Shown piece by piece: positions 34,961 to 45,039 of a stretch of 48,321 nucleotides of DNA; within the stretch, counting starts at the first letter, position 1; every line of letters starts with the position of its first letter. Made by a program: the position numbers and the translations under genes. This DNA comes from Acidobacteriota bacterium (GTDB lineage Bacteria; Acidobacteriota; Aminicenantia; UBA2199), in the NCBI GenBank assembly GCA_025456175.1, contig JALOLC010000015.1:1-48321 (forward strand). Direction: 5' to 3'. The notes beneath the pieces were generated by a model that searched no databases, was not told the origin of the DNA, and was given only the letters and a program-made list of their open reading frames with translations.

Positions 34961-37711
34961 ATGAAAAGGAAATGGACGTTGTTTCTCGCGCTTATCATCC
35001 TCGTGGCCACATGGGGCTTTGCCCAGCAGAAGGGCGGCACCATTTCCGGCCGAGTGGTGGAAACCGGCGGCGAGCCGCTGCCCGGCGTTTCCGTCATGCT
35101 GACCGGCTCGGCCATTCAGGGTGAGAAGACCACGATCACCAACGACAGGGGCGCCTACCGCTTCGCGGAAGTGCCGGTTGGCGGTGACTACCAGCTCGTC
35201 TTCACCCTCGAGGGCTTTGGCCGGCTGACCAACAAGAACGTCACCGTGGCCCTTGGCAAGGAGACGGTCATCGCCACGACCATGCAGCTGCTCACGGTCC
35301 AGGAAGAGATCCTGGTCATGGGCAAGCCGATGATCATCGACCCCAAGTCGAGCGTGGCCCAGGTCAACATCACCAAGGACACGATCAACACCCTGGCCAA
35401 CGACCGCCAGTACCAGACGATCATGGGCCTGATGCCCGGCGCCATTGATGGCAACAACCCGTTCATGCTGGGCGGCGGCAGCGCCGACAACATCTACAAC
35501 TTCGACGGCATGGACAACACCGACCCCATGACCAAGACCTGGTCGACGGCCATGAACTTCGACAACTTCGAAGAGATCCAGGTGGTGACCGCCGGCGCCC
35601 CGGCCGAATACGGCCGCGGCACGGGCGCGGTGATCAACGTGGTCACGCGCTCCGGCTCCAATGCCATCTCGGGCACGGCGCGCTTCACCTATTCCAAGAT
35701 CGACTGGATGGCCAAGAAGCTGGGCAACCGCTATTCCTTCTCCGACGCCACCCACTTCACCAACGAAGCGCGGCCGAGCGTCAACATCGGCTTCCCGATC
35801 TTCAAGGACAAGCTGTGGGCCTTCGCCTCCTACGAGCGGCGCAACAAGTGGATCGAGCAGACCACCTACGCCGACTTCGCCGACACGGTGGACAAGGTGC
35901 CCGGCGTCCACGAAAAGTCCTATTACGAGGGCTACTATCTCTCGGGCAAGCTGACCTTCAAGCTGAACAAGCGCAATACCCTGTTCGCCCAGTACTCGAA
36001 GGACCCGATCGAGATCCCCAACCTCTACGGATACCTGGGCTACACCTATTGCCCGCCCGAGATCGACACCGTGCGCTTCCAGGGCGGCTGGAACATGAGC
36101 GGCGAGTGGAACTCGATCCTGGGCAACAACACCAATCTCATCCTGCGCGCCAACATCAAGCGCAACCAGCTGAACAACGAGCCCAAGGACCTGGAGGGCA
36201 TCGCCTACTACGCCAACGGCGTCTACTGGGGCGCCTCCTTCACCACCTACTTCACCAACCGCTACTACAACAACTATGGCCTCATCCTCAATCAGTTCCT
36301 CTCCACCGGCTTCGGCACCCATGACTTCAAGATGGGCGTCGAGCTCCTCGACATCAACCTCTCGCGTTACAGCCAGTCCTACCCGACCAACGAGTACATC
36401 ACCTTCCTGTCCGACGGCGTGACCACCAACAAGCGCTACGTCTACACCGACCGCCCGCAGGACAAATACACCAAGGATTCGTTCAACGACCTCTGGACCA
36501 TCTACCTGCAGGACAAGTGGGAAGTGGCGCGCAACCTGACCCTCAACCTGGGCCTGCGCGCCGAGTCGGGCAAGTGGATCAAGCACGACAAGGAAGTGAT
36601 GTTCAACTGGGGCTTCGGCAAGATGCTGGCCCCGCGCGTCGGCGTCGCCTACAACTTCAAGGGGCACAAGTTCAGCGGCTCCTGGGGCACCTATTACGAC
36701 CTGATGGACGACACGCTGGTCAACAACTTCCAGCCCAACATCTTCAAGGCCTCCTATGACGAGTACAACGGCCAGTACTTCGGCAACGCCGACTGGAAGT
36801 ACTACCGCACCGTCACCTTCGGCTCCGCCTCCTCGGCGACGATCGACCTCGACACCATCAAGCCCATCAAGATGACCGAGTGGTCGCTCAACTACGAGTA
36901 CGCCCTCAGCGACACCATCGGCATCGGCGCCGAGTACCTGAACCGCTCCTGGAAGGACAAGTACGACGACTACGATTATGACCTGAACGGCCAGTGGCAC
37001 TACGCCGGCGCCACCTATCCCGGCAACTCGCCTTTCAAGGACTACAAGCTGCCCGACGGCTCGCAGATGCTGCCCGATTGGGGCTCGACCTTCAAGAAGT
37101 ACGACGCCCTGATCTTCACCCTGAAAAAGAACCTGGGCAACGACAAGTACCAGTTCATGGCCTCCTACACCTACTCGCACCTCAAGGGCTACCAGGGCGC
37201 CGAGGGCGCCAGCACCTTCGCCGACAACAGCTACTCCGACTTCTACGCCTTCGGCTACCTGGGCAACGACATCCGCCACATGTTCAAGCTCAACGCCAGC
37301 GTCTTCGCCCCCTGGGGCATCGTGGTCGGCGCCAACTTCTACTACCTGTCCGGCTCGCCTTACGGGGAATCCGGCTCGGCGGTCTCCCCCAACGGCCTCA
37401 CCAGCTACACCGTGCGCCTCACCGCTCCCGACGCCTTCCGCTACCCGCCCACCTCGCGGCTCGACCTGAACTTCGAAAAGCGCTTCACGATCTGGAAGGA
37501 CGTCAAGGTCGCCCCCTTCATCATGTTCTTCAACATCCTCAACAACCAGGTCGAAGTCGTCCGCGGCAACAGCGTCGGCTCCATCAAGCTCAAGGACACC
37601 TCGGACCCGCTGAAGGGCTACACCGTCACCTCCCCCAGCTCCACCTACAACACCTACACCCGCTGGTTCCCGCCCATGTCCTTCTACCTCGGAGTCAAGA
37701 TCGACTTCTAA
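34961..37711 (+). CDS. Oar-like outer-membrane beta-barrel (CarboxypepD_reg domain + TonB-dependent-receptor-like plug/barrel)
   Basis: AAGGAGGAA RBS and signal peptide MKRKWTLFLALIILVATWGFA. N-terminal GTISGRVVETGGEPLPGVSVML...NDRGAYRF. A long Tyr/Gly/Asn-rich barrel region ends in the aromatic terminus ...YLGVKIDF. Confidence 0.8.
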   Translation: MKRKWTLFLALIILVATWGFAQQKGGTISGRVVETGGEPLPGVSVMLTGSAIQGEKTTITNDRGAYRFAEVPVGGDYQLVFTLEGFGRLTNKNVTVALGKETVIATTMQLLTVQEEILVMGKPMIIDPKSSVAQVNITKDTINTLANDRQYQTIMGLMPGAIDGNNPFMLGGGSADNIYNFDGMDNTDPMTKTWSTAMNFDNFEEIQVVTAGAPAEYGRGTGAVINVVTRSGSNAISGTARFTYSKIDWMAKKLGNRYSFSDATHFTNEARPSVNIGFPIFKDKLWAFASYERRNKWIEQTTYADFADTVDKVPGVHEKSYYEGYYLSGKLTFKLNKRNTLFAQYSKDPIEIPNLYGYLGYTYCPPEIDTVRFQGGWNMSGEWNSILGNNTNLILRANIKRNQLNNEPKDLEGIAYYANGVYWGASFTTYFTNRYYNNYGLILNQFLSTGFGTHDFKMGVELLDINLSRYSQSYPTNEYITFLSDGVTTNKRYVYTDRPQDKYTKDSFNDLWTIYLQDKWEVARNLTLNLGLRAESGKWIKHDKEVMFNWGFGKMLAPRVGVAYNFKGHKFSGSWGTYYDLMDDTLVNNFQPNIFKASYDEYNGQYFGNADWKYYRTVTFGSASSATIDLDTIKPIKMTEWSLNYEYALSDTIGIGAEYLNRSWKDKYDDYDYDLNGQWHYAGATYPGNSPFKDYKLPDGSQMLPDWGSTFKKYDALIFTLKKNLGNDKYQFMASYTYSHLKGYQGAEGASTFADNSYSDFYAFGYLGNDIRHMFKLNASVFAPWGIVVGANFYYLSGSPYGESGSAVSPNGLTSYTVRLTAPDAFRYPPTSRLDLNFEKRFTIWKDVKVAPFIMFFNILNNQVEVVRGNSVGSIKLKDTSDPLKGYTVTSPSSTYNTYTRWFPPMSFYLGVKIDF

Positions 37712-37735
37712 GCGTTCAGCGAACCATAACCAAAA

Positions 37736-37765
37736 GGGGCAGCCTTCGGGCTGCCCTTTTTTTTT
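37736..37765. terminator. Bidirectional intrinsic terminator shared by the convergent OMP gene and sulfatase-like operon
   Basis: AAAA-GGGGCAGCC-TTCG-GGCTGCCC-TTTTTTTTT, 25 nt after the OMP stop codon. Confidence 0.75.
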
Positions 37766-37857
37766 GCGCCGCCGGGGCATTGGGCGCAGGGATTTCTCCA
37801 GGAGCGGGAAACGCATGGATTGCCGGGCAACCCTGCCCGGCGGCCAAAACGGCAGGA

Positions 37858-39972
37858 TCAGATCCGGGCGCGCAGGGCGACGACCAGGCGCTCGGCCTCG
37901 GGCCGGCGCGGGTCGTCGGCTGGGGCCTCGCGCAGGAAGAACTCCACCTTTTCCAGGGCTCCGCGCCAGTCGCCCTGGCGGGCCATGAGGGCGGCGTAGT
38001 CCATGGCCGCCGCCGGGACGGCCGGCAGGACGCGCTCGAAGCATTCCGCCGCGGCGGCGAACTCGCCGAGCTGGCCGAAGGTGACGCCCAGGCCATGCAG
38101 CAGGTCGCTGTCGTTGGGGAAGCGCGGCCTCAGCGCCGAGAGGACCCGATGCGCTTCGGCGAAGCGTTTGCCGGCGACGAGCAGCTTGGCCAGCCACTTG
38201 CCGATGGCCAGCTGCGATTCGTCGCGCCGGAACAGCTCCTGCAGGTGAACGATGGCCGCTGCGCCATCGCCCCGGCGCTCGGCTATTTCGGCTTGCAGCT
38301 GCAGGCGCTGCATCTCCTGGGTGGCGGGTAGTTCCCTCTCCTCCTCCAGCAGCCGGCTGGCCTCGTCCAGGCGGTTCAGGCGGATGAGGAGGGTCGCCAG
38401 GCCGATGCGGATATTGCCGTCGTTCGGAAAGCGCCGGCGCGCCTCCGCGAACAGCGAGCGGGCTTCATTCCCGCGGCCCAGGGTATGGTAGAGGTTGGCC
38501 AGCGTCAGGTAGACGGGGGGAAAGGAGAGGCCCATGTCGATCGCCTGCTTGTAGCGCTCGGCCGCCTCTTGCCGGTGCCCGAGCTGCTCGGCCACGACGC
38601 CGCGGTTGAACTCGAGAAAGGCCGGCGCCATCTGCTTGGGATCGGGCCGCTCGCCCGTGGGCGCCGCTCCTTGCGTGCTGGCCAGATAGCCGAGAGAGGC
38701 CAGGGCCTGCCAGTCGCCGTCTCCTTCCCGGCGCTTGCCGTCGAGGCGGCGTTTGAGCTGCTTCTCATGTCCGGCCAGACTCGTCCTCAGTTGTCGGGCC
38801 AGGAGCGGTTTCCTTTGCAGCAGGTTGTCGCGCTCGCCGGGATCAACGGCCAGGTCATACAGCTCGGCCCGGGGCAGATGGATGTACTTGTGCCCCTCCT
38901 GGATGATGCCGGTCAACGGCGCGCACTGCAGGTTTTCGCTGGAGAACAGGCTTTCAAAATAGATCGGCCGCGCCGCCATGTCGCGGCCGCGGACAAGCGG
39001 GGCCAAGGAAACGCCCTGCATCCCGCCCGGAACAGGGATCCCGGCCATCTCCAAAATGGTCGGCGCCACGTCGGCCAGCGAGACGGGCCGGTCGCTGCGG
39101 CGGCCGCGGCCCACGCCGGCCTTGACCAGCAGCGGCACGTGGAGCGTTTCCTGGTAGCAGAAGAGCTGGTGGCCGATCTCGCCGTGCTCGGCGAAGGCTT
39201 CGCCGTGGTCGCCGGCCACGACGACCAGCGTGCGTTGCCAGCGCTTTCCGGCGCGCAGGCGGTCGAGGATCACTCCCAGCTGCTCGTCCATGAAGGCGAT
39301 CTCGCCGGCGTAGGGCGCGTCGGCGAAGCGGCTGCGCTGCGGCTCGGGCGGATCGTAGGGCAGGTGGGGGTCGAAAAAATGGAGCCAGCAGAACCAGCGG
39401 CTCTCGCCGGCCTGGTCGAGCCAGCGCTGGCAGGCGGCGGCGGTGCGCCCGGCGCGGCGCTCGATCCACTGGCTGCTGCCGGGCTGGATGGCATCGGTCA
39501 GGGTGTCGTCGAAGTGGTCGAACCCCTGGTCGAGGCCGAAGCGCGCCGTGACCGTGAACGAGGAGACGAAGGCCGCTGTCCGATACCCCTGTCGTTTCAG
39601 GATCTCGGCCAGGGTATCCACGGCCGCCGGCAATACGTACGTGTCGTTGTTGCGCACGCCGTGGCCGGGCGGCTGGAGCCCGGTCATGATCGTGCAGTGC
39701 GAGGGCAGGGTCAGCGGCACCGGCGCGTGGGCCTGGGAAAACGTGGTGCCCTCCGTTGCCAGGCGGGCGAAGGCCGGAGTGCGGCCGGCGTCGCCGACAT
39801 GATCGGCGCGGGTGGTGTCGAGGGTGACGAGCAGGATGGCATCGTACTCGGGCCGGGGAGAGCGCAGCAGGAAATAGAGGCCTGCGGCCAGGAGCAACGC
39901 AACGACCGGGGCCGCGATCCAGGCGAGGCGGGGACGGGCAAAAGGGGCTTTGGGTTGGGCGGCCTTCTTCAT
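37858..39972 (-). CDS. Sulfatase-like (alkaline-phosphatase superfamily) hydrolase/transferase fused to C-terminal TPR repeats
   Basis: N-terminal TM helix, ILLVTLDTTRADHVG, and TLPSHCTIMTG in place of the arylsulfatase CxPxR. Also VVAGDHGE. The C-terminal ~250 aa are TPR-like (LANLYHTLGRGNEARSLF...). Confidence 0.8.
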   Translation of the reverse strand: MKKAAQPKAPFARPRLAWIAAPVVALLLAAGLYFLLRSPRPEYDAILLVTLDTTRADHVGDAGRTPAFARLATEGTTFSQAHAPVPLTLPSHCTIMTGLQPPGHGVRNNDTYVLPAAVDTLAEILKRQGYRTAAFVSSFTVTARFGLDQGFDHFDDTLTDAIQPGSSQWIERRAGRTAAACQRWLDQAGESRWFCWLHFFDPHLPYDPPEPQRSRFADAPYAGEIAFMDEQLGVILDRLRAGKRWQRTLVVVAGDHGEAFAEHGEIGHQLFCYQETLHVPLLVKAGVGRGRRSDRPVSLADVAPTILEMAGIPVPGGMQGVSLAPLVRGRDMAARPIYFESLFSSENLQCAPLTGIIQEGHKYIHLPRAELYDLAVDPGERDNLLQRKPLLARQLRTSLAGHEKQLKRRLDGKRREGDGDWQALASLGYLASTQGAAPTGERPDPKQMAPAFLEFNRGVVAEQLGHRQEAAERYKQAIDMGLSFPPVYLTLANLYHTLGRGNEARSLFAEARRRFPNDGNIRIGLATLLIRLNRLDEASRLLEEERELPATQEMQRLQLQAEIAERRGDGAAAIVHLQELFRRDESQLAIGKWLAKLLVAGKRFAEAHRVLSALRPRFPNDSDLLHGLGVTFGQLGEFAAAAECFERVLPAVPAAAMDYAALMARQGDWRGALEKVEFFLREAPADDPRRPEAERLVVALRARI

Positions 39973-39987
39973 GGCTGCCGCCAGCGG

Positions 39988-40926
39988 CTATTTCTTTTCC
40001 AGGAGCTGGATGATGCTGCGCACCGAGTCGGCTTTTTCGCCAGCGGGCTCGAGCTCGAGGAATTTTTTCATGCTGGACAGGGCCTCGTTGGTGCGGCCCT
40101 TGTTCAAATAGGCCATGCCCAGCTGGTAGAAGCCGTCGGCCAGCTTGGCATCCTTCTGCACGGCCTCGGCCAGCGCGGCGATGGCGCTGTCCATGTCGCC
40201 GGCGTTGAAGGCCTTGATGCCCTCGTTGTACTTGTCGATGGCCGTGAAGCCCCCCTTCTGCTGGGCGAGCAGGGTGAATTTCTCCGACTCCTTGGCGTCG
40301 CCCAGCTTTTCATAGATGGCGGCCAGCAGCCGGTAGGTCTCGGGGTAGTCGGGGCTGAGCTCGGCCACCTTCTTCAGCGGCGCGATGGCTTCCTGGTACT
40401 TGGCCTGCAGGAAAAAGACATGCCCCAACTCGAGGTGGGCCTGGTGCATGTCGGGTTTGCTTTGTATCGCCTCCTGCAGCAGGGGCACGGCGCCGGCCAG
40501 ATCGTCTTTCTTGATCAGCAGGACGGCCTTGTTGAAGCGGTTGACGGCCTGGAGATCGGGGTCGCTCGACTCGGCAAGCAGGATCGCTTCATCCGGGGTC
40601 AGGAGCTTGAACTCCTCTTCGGCGATCTCGAAGGCTGGCACCTTGACCTGGCGGCGCTGTCCCTGGTAGCCGGCGAGCTCGACCGTGATGATGTAGACGT
40701 GGTTGTCCAGGGTGCCGTGGGTGGCGACGCCTTTCTTGTCGGTCGTAAGCTTGCCGGTATAGGTGGATTGGGTGTCCTGCAGGGTGATCACGGCCCCGGC
40801 CAGCGGCTGGCCCTGGGAATTGAGGACAGTGAGCTTCATTTTGCTCTTGATGGCCCCCGTCAGCGGCAGACCGGCCCAAACGCCGATCAGCGCGGCAACG
40901 ACGATGGCAATGCGAAATGATTTCAT
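39988..40926 (-). CDS. Secreted CarboxypepD_reg-like domain + TPR repeat protein
   Basis: Signal peptide MKSFRIAIVVAALIGVWA and an N-terminal beta-sandwich-like KLTVLNSQGQPLAGAVITLQD...DKKGVATH. It has multiple TPR repeats (LGHVFFLQAKYQEAIAPL, LGMAYLNKGRTNEALSSM). Confidence 0.7.
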   Translation of the reverse strand: MKSFRIAIVVAALIGVWAGLPLTGAIKSKMKLTVLNSQGQPLAGAVITLQDTQSTYTGKLTTDKKGVATHGTLDNHVYIITVELAGYQGQRRQVKVPAFEIAEEEFKLLTPDEAILLAESSDPDLQAVNRFNKAVLLIKKDDLAGAVPLLQEAIQSKPDMHQAHLELGHVFFLQAKYQEAIAPLKKVAELSPDYPETYRLLAAIYEKLGDAKESEKFTLLAQQKGGFTAIDKYNEGIKAFNAGDMDSAIAALAEAVQKDAKLADGFYQLGMAYLNKGRTNEALSSMKKFLELEPAGEKADSVRSIIQLLEKK

Positions 40927-40944
40927 GGCGCGATACCTCCGGGC

Positions 40945-41853
40945 CTATTTTACGGCAAACACCCTGGACTTGGCAAGCCGCCGGCCGCCGGCCAGGTCGG
41001 CGATGGTCAGCGACACCATGTAGCGGCCCGAGGGCAGCTCGCCCAGCGCGAGCGGCACCTCGATTCTCTCCGGCAGCGCAAGGGGCGACGAATCCCGGGC
41101 GACGGCGATGACGTGGATGCGATCGAGCCGGCGCACCTCCTTCTTCGTCTTCATCTCGCGGATGCGCAGGCGCATGTCCAGGCTGGCCCGGTAGCCGGAG
41201 CTGTCCTCGCTGAAGGTCAGATGGCCGCGGCCGATGGTCAGCCGCAGTTCCCAGCCTCCCGTTGCCGCGGGCACGACGACGATCCTGCCGTCGATGTGGC
41301 TGGCGCGGCCGCCGGTCTCGAGGATCTTGAGCATCTCCTCGCGCACGAGCATCTGGTGCTCGAGGTTCAGGTAATGGAGCTGGAAGTCCTCGTTTTCCCG
41401 CGGATCGACGAACACGACCGGGAAGCCCGGATAGTGCCAGATCTCGCAAGTCACGCCCAGGGGGTTGCCGGCGCCGCGCCGTTCGAATTTCTCGCGCAGG
41501 TCGGGGGGGCCGAGGACGATGTAGGTCTTGCCCCGGTCGCTCAGCCAGCCCGGCCGGCCAACGGTGAAGAGGCGGGTGGCCTCCTCGATGCGCCGCAGGT
41601 GCTCGGTCTTGAATTCGTTCTCCTCGGTGCCGGGGTCGGGGTCGCGCCGCTGCCAGAACTCGGCGATGAAGGCCGGCCGCTCATCCTTGGGCATCTCCAG
41701 GTAGAGGCGCCTCTCCGTGCCGCTGATGATGTAGCGCACGACGGAGAGGAACTCGCGATCCTCGGCGTCCAGGCGCTTCTCGAGGCGGTAGGTGCGGCAG
41801 GCGGGTAAGGCCAGGACCGCCAGCAGAGCCCAGCCCAACAGGCGGCGGCTCAT
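40945..41853 (-). CDS. GWxTD-domain lipoprotein (GWLSD variant)
   Basis: The internal ATG overlaps the upstream stop codon (ATGA). MSRRLLGWALLAVLALPAC has a lipobox. FWQRRDPDPGTEENEFKTEHLRRIEEA...GRPGWLSDRGKTYIVLGPPD matches the GWxTD domain pattern. The C-terminus has an Ig-like SGRYMVSLTIAD segment. Confidence 0.75.
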   Translation of the reverse strand: MSRRLLGWALLAVLALPACRTYRLEKRLDAEDREFLSVVRYIISGTERRLYLEMPKDERPAFIAEFWQRRDPDPGTEENEFKTEHLRRIEEATRLFTVGRPGWLSDRGKTYIVLGPPDLREKFERRGAGNPLGVTCEIWHYPGFPVVFVDPRENEDFQLHYLNLEHQMLVREEMLKILETGGRASHIDGRIVVVPAATGGWELRLTIGRGHLTFSEDSSGYRASLDMRLRIREMKTKKEVRRLDRIHVIAVARDSSPLALPERIEVPLALGELPSGRYMVSLTIADLAGGRRLAKSRVFAVK

Positions 41854-43943
41854 TTCTGCACCTGCTGCAGCAGCTCGCGGATCTGAGGCTGATCGGGGTT
41901 CTTGGCCAGTGAACGCTCCCAGGCCTGGCGCGCCTCGGCCCGTTCGCCCAGCTGCAGGTGGCAGCGGCCGATCTCGTTCCAGACGGCTGCGATCTCGCCG
42001 AAAGTGCCGATGATCTTCTGGAACACGACCAGCGCCGGCCGCCACTCCCGCAAATCCAGGTGCTTCTGGCCGAGAAGCTGCAGCGCTTCCTGGACGGGCT
42101 TTTCCGCCTCGGTCAGGGGGGCCAGGATCGACTCCAGGCGCCCATACTCCTTCAGCCCGTAGAGCAGGCGGGCGAAGGCGAGCGCGTACGGCCCCACGTT
42201 GGGAGCCTGGCTGTAGGCCGATTCCAGGCGCGCCCGGGCGCGGGCAGCGTCGCCGGCGTTCAGGTACTGGGTGCCCAGGATGAAGTCGATCATGGTCGTC
42301 CCGAGGGCGCGCTGCGTCTTGAAGTAGACCTGGGGCCGGTTGAGCCGCGCCATGGGGGTGATCATGAAATCGCGCTCGCCAGTCAGCCAGTTCTCGCCCC
42401 CGGGATTGAGCAGGGCCACCTGCAGCTGGTAATAGTCGGGATTCATCGCCTGCAGCGGAATCTCCAGCAGCAGGTTGCCGCCGCCCCGCAGGGCGTCGTT
42501 CAGCAGCTGCGCCTTTTCCCAGACCATCTCCCGGGGCTGGATGCGCCAGACCCTCACCTGGAGCCGGAGGCGCTCCCTGAGGCCCTCCTCGCCGCCAAAC
42601 AGCTGCGCGAAGAACCAGAGGCTGTCCTGGCGCGCAAAGACGGAATCGGCGGCGACGAGCAGCTGCCCGGTGCCGACGTGAAAGGGGGTCAGGGCCAGCG
42701 GCGCCTCGCTGTCGCGCTTCAGCTCGTAGCCCAGAAGCGGGGCGGTCAGGAAGGGCGGGTGATCGGCCGCGGGGACAAGCAGGTCCTTTTCAACCGAGGT
42801 GAACTCCTTGGAGGTTTCATTGCGCAGCAGCAGCTGCAGGTGGTACTGGCCGGGGATGAGCGGGAAGGCGTCGAGAAGGACAACGGCGCTGTCGTTGATG
42901 CGCTGGACCTGCTCCTCGTCGAAGCGCAGCTCGTAGGACTTGGTGAATTGATGGATTTCCGCGCCGGCGGGGGTGGTGACGCGGCCGTCCAGCTTGAGCA
43001 CGGTCGAGTAGACGCCTTCGTAGAAGTTGACCGACAGCCGGTCGATCTGGATCAGGGCGTAGACCAGTGCCTGGCCGGAGGGGGTGAAGAACAGCTGCAC
43101 CTGGCTGCGGCCCTCAATATAGCGGGTCGAGTAGTCGATCGTCACCGTGTCCTTGTACTGCAGGAAGCGCTCGGCGTAGAGGTCCTTCACCTGCCGGGTG
43201 GGGACCAGGGCGATGTTCTGCAGCAGCAATTCGGAGGACATGGTGGGGCGGCCCTCGGCCATGCCCTCGCCGGGGATGAGCGAGAAGGCGTTGGCCGCCA
43301 GGGCGGTGTTGTACTGGTTGATGGTGTCGTAGATGTTCTGGAAATCCTCGATCCTGCCGTCGAAGCCGACGATCAGGTTGTGCGGCCCGTCGCTGATCGG
43401 CGAATAGGTGACGTACTCGCCCCGGCCGCGCTTGTCGTAAAAAAGCAGGTTGAAGGCCGGCGGCAGGCCGAAGCGCTCCATGCCTTGGTAGGACCAGACC
43501 TCGCAGGGATACATCTTGCCGTAGCCGCTGTAGTTCTGGATGTAGATCGGCTCGCCCAGCAGGATGTAGATGCGGCCGCGATCGGTCTTCCAGCCCGGGG
43601 TCGAGGTGCCGCGGCCATAGATGCGGTTGGCGTGCTCGAAGCGGCGGAGATGCTCGCTGCGCAACTCATTCGCTTCGGTTCCGGGGGTCGGGTCGCGCTG
43701 GCGCCAGAAGGCGGCGATGAAGGCGTCGCGCTCGCTGTCGTTCGCCAGCTGCAGGAAGGCCTTGCGTTCGCGCGGGGAAATGATGTACTTGACCTCCTGG
43801 TTGAGCCAGGCGTCGTAGGCCGGGGACATGCGGACGGCATCGGCCCCGAGCAGCGAGAGGCTGAGAACGGCCGCGGCCGTCCATAGTCGCGGCAGAACGG
43901 GCCTGCCGGTCACGGCCGGAGCCTCGGGGCGCGGCCAAGGCAT
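41850..43943 (-). CDS. GWxTD-domain protein with C-terminal TPR region
   Basis: FWRQRDPTPGTEANELRSEHLRRFEHA...TPGWKTDRGRIYILLGEP is the GWxTD signature. It has a hydrophobic N-terminus and C-terminal TPR-like helices. Confidence 0.75.
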   Translation of the reverse strand: MPWPRPEAPAVTGRPVLPRLWTAAAVLSLSLLGADAVRMSPAYDAWLNQEVKYIISPRERKAFLQLANDSERDAFIAAFWRQRDPTPGTEANELRSEHLRRFEHANRIYGRGTSTPGWKTDRGRIYILLGEPIYIQNYSGYGKMYPCEVWSYQGMERFGLPPAFNLLFYDKRGRGEYVTYSPISDGPHNLIVGFDGRIEDFQNIYDTINQYNTALAANAFSLIPGEGMAEGRPTMSSELLLQNIALVPTRQVKDLYAERFLQYKDTVTIDYSTRYIEGRSQVQLFFTPSGQALVYALIQIDRLSVNFYEGVYSTVLKLDGRVTTPAGAEIHQFTKSYELRFDEEQVQRINDSAVVLLDAFPLIPGQYHLQLLLRNETSKEFTSVEKDLLVPAADHPPFLTAPLLGYELKRDSEAPLALTPFHVGTGQLLVAADSVFARQDSLWFFAQLFGGEEGLRERLRLQVRVWRIQPREMVWEKAQLLNDALRGGGNLLLEIPLQAMNPDYYQLQVALLNPGGENWLTGERDFMITPMARLNRPQVYFKTQRALGTTMIDFILGTQYLNAGDAARARARLESAYSQAPNVGPYALAFARLLYGLKEYGRLESILAPLTEAEKPVQEALQLLGQKHLDLREWRPALVVFQKIIGTFGEIAAVWNEIGRCHLQLGERAEARQAWERSLAKNPDQPQIRELLQQVQK

Positions 43944-43971
43944 TTCGCCGCGCCGCAGTTCCAGTTCAGCT

Positions 43972-45012
43972 TCATTTCTTTTTCGCGGGAGCCTTGGCGG
44001 CCTTGGCCGCAGCCTGCTTCTGCTGCTGGATCAGGGTCCCGAGCTTTTCCAGGAAAACCCTGTACTTGGCAATATCCGGCGACTGGGGGTAGAAGGTGAC
44101 CAGCTCGGTGTAGGTCTTCTGCGCCAGCTCGTAATTCTTTTCGTAGGCATAGAGGTTGCCCAGCATGACGTGGGCGTTCTCGATCGGGACCTTGAGCTCG
44201 ATCGCCTTGAGGAAATAGGGCTCGATCTCCCGGGCCTTGGCCGCCAGCTCATCCTCCTTCATGGCGCCGACCTTGGGCTCGAGCTCGAGGTACAGGTTGG
44301 TGCCGACGAAGAACCACGCCTGGGGCAGAAACTCGGACGTCCTGTCGCCCGCTTTGTAGAAATCGAGGAAGCGCAGGAAATACTTGTTGGACTCGCCGTA
44401 GCGGGAGAGCTGGTGATGATTCATCCCCTGGAAATAGATGATGTTGGAAAACGTCGCGAAGCTCTCCTGCTCGAGGTCGCCGAAGCCCAGGCACTTGTCG
44501 AACGCGTCGATGGCCTCGCTGAATTTCCTCAGATAATAGAAATTGACGCCGCAAACGTAGGCGGCGTTGATCGCCATGGTCTTGTCGCTGCTTTCGATCC
44601 CGGGCCGGGCCAGCAGCCGCTGCAGGTAGCCGTTGGACTTCTCATATTCCTGGGCGCCGTTGGCCTTGACGCCGAGATCGTATAGGGACTTGTGCAGCGC
44701 CTGGATGGCATGATCGTAGTCGGGCTGGTTCTTGACGGCGTTCTCGAAGAAACCCACGGCTTCCTCCATCTTGCCCGTCTGCCAGTAGATGACGCCGATG
44801 TTGAAGTAGGGAATGGCGTACTCGGGCTCGAGCTCGATGACCTTCTGGAAGAGCGCAACGGCTTCCTCGGCCTTTTTGGCCTTGATGGCGGCAAAGGCCT
44901 CTTTCATGACCTTCTGCGCCTTGCTGGAGATCTTTTTCTCGGCGGAGCCTGACAGGGCCAGGGAAAACGAGACAAGGACGATCGTCAGTATGACGAGGAA
45001 ACTCTTTTTCAT
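43972..45012 (-). CDS. Secreted TPR repeat protein (first gene of the minus-strand operon)
   Basis: The start follows GGAGGAG, with signal peptide MKKSFLVILTIVLVSFSLALSGSA. TPR repeats run through the protein (IGVIYWQTGKMEEAVGFF, LGNLYAYEKNYELAQKTY). It has a Lys/Ala-rich tail. Confidence 0.7.
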   Translation of the reverse strand: MKKSFLVILTIVLVSFSLALSGSAEKKISSKAQKVMKEAFAAIKAKKAEEAVALFQKVIELEPEYAIPYFNIGVIYWQTGKMEEAVGFFENAVKNQPDYDHAIQALHKSLYDLGVKANGAQEYEKSNGYLQRLLARPGIESSDKTMAINAAYVCGVNFYYLRKFSEAIDAFDKCLGFGDLEQESFATFSNIIYFQGMNHHQLSRYGESNKYFLRFLDFYKAGDRTSEFLPQAWFFVGTNLYLELEPKVGAMKEDELAAKAREIEPYFLKAIELKVPIENAHVMLGNLYAYEKNYELAQKTYTELVTFYPQSPDIAKYRVFLEKLGTLIQQQKQAAAKAAKAPAKKK

Positions 45013-45039
45013 GCGTGCTCCTCCTTTCGCTACCATTCC

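Noticed and set aside
34958-38197. 1079-aa ORF on the minus strand, the longest ORF in the track
   Set aside because: It is antisense to the well-supported OMP gene (34961..37711). Its translation is low-complexity Gly/Ala/Val/Arg/Asp-rich with no recognisable motifs and no RBS. This is a typical GC-rich shadow ORF.
38485-40920. 811-aa plus-strand ORF
   Set aside because: It is antisense to the sulfatase-TPR and TPR genes and is low-complexity (G/A/L/V/R/Q). The minus-strand genes have clear motifs, signal peptides and RBSs. The same reasoning applies to 41958..43886, 45244..47241, 26290..27768, 27769..29100, 14508..16016, 974..2575, 31416..32759 and 33083..34336.
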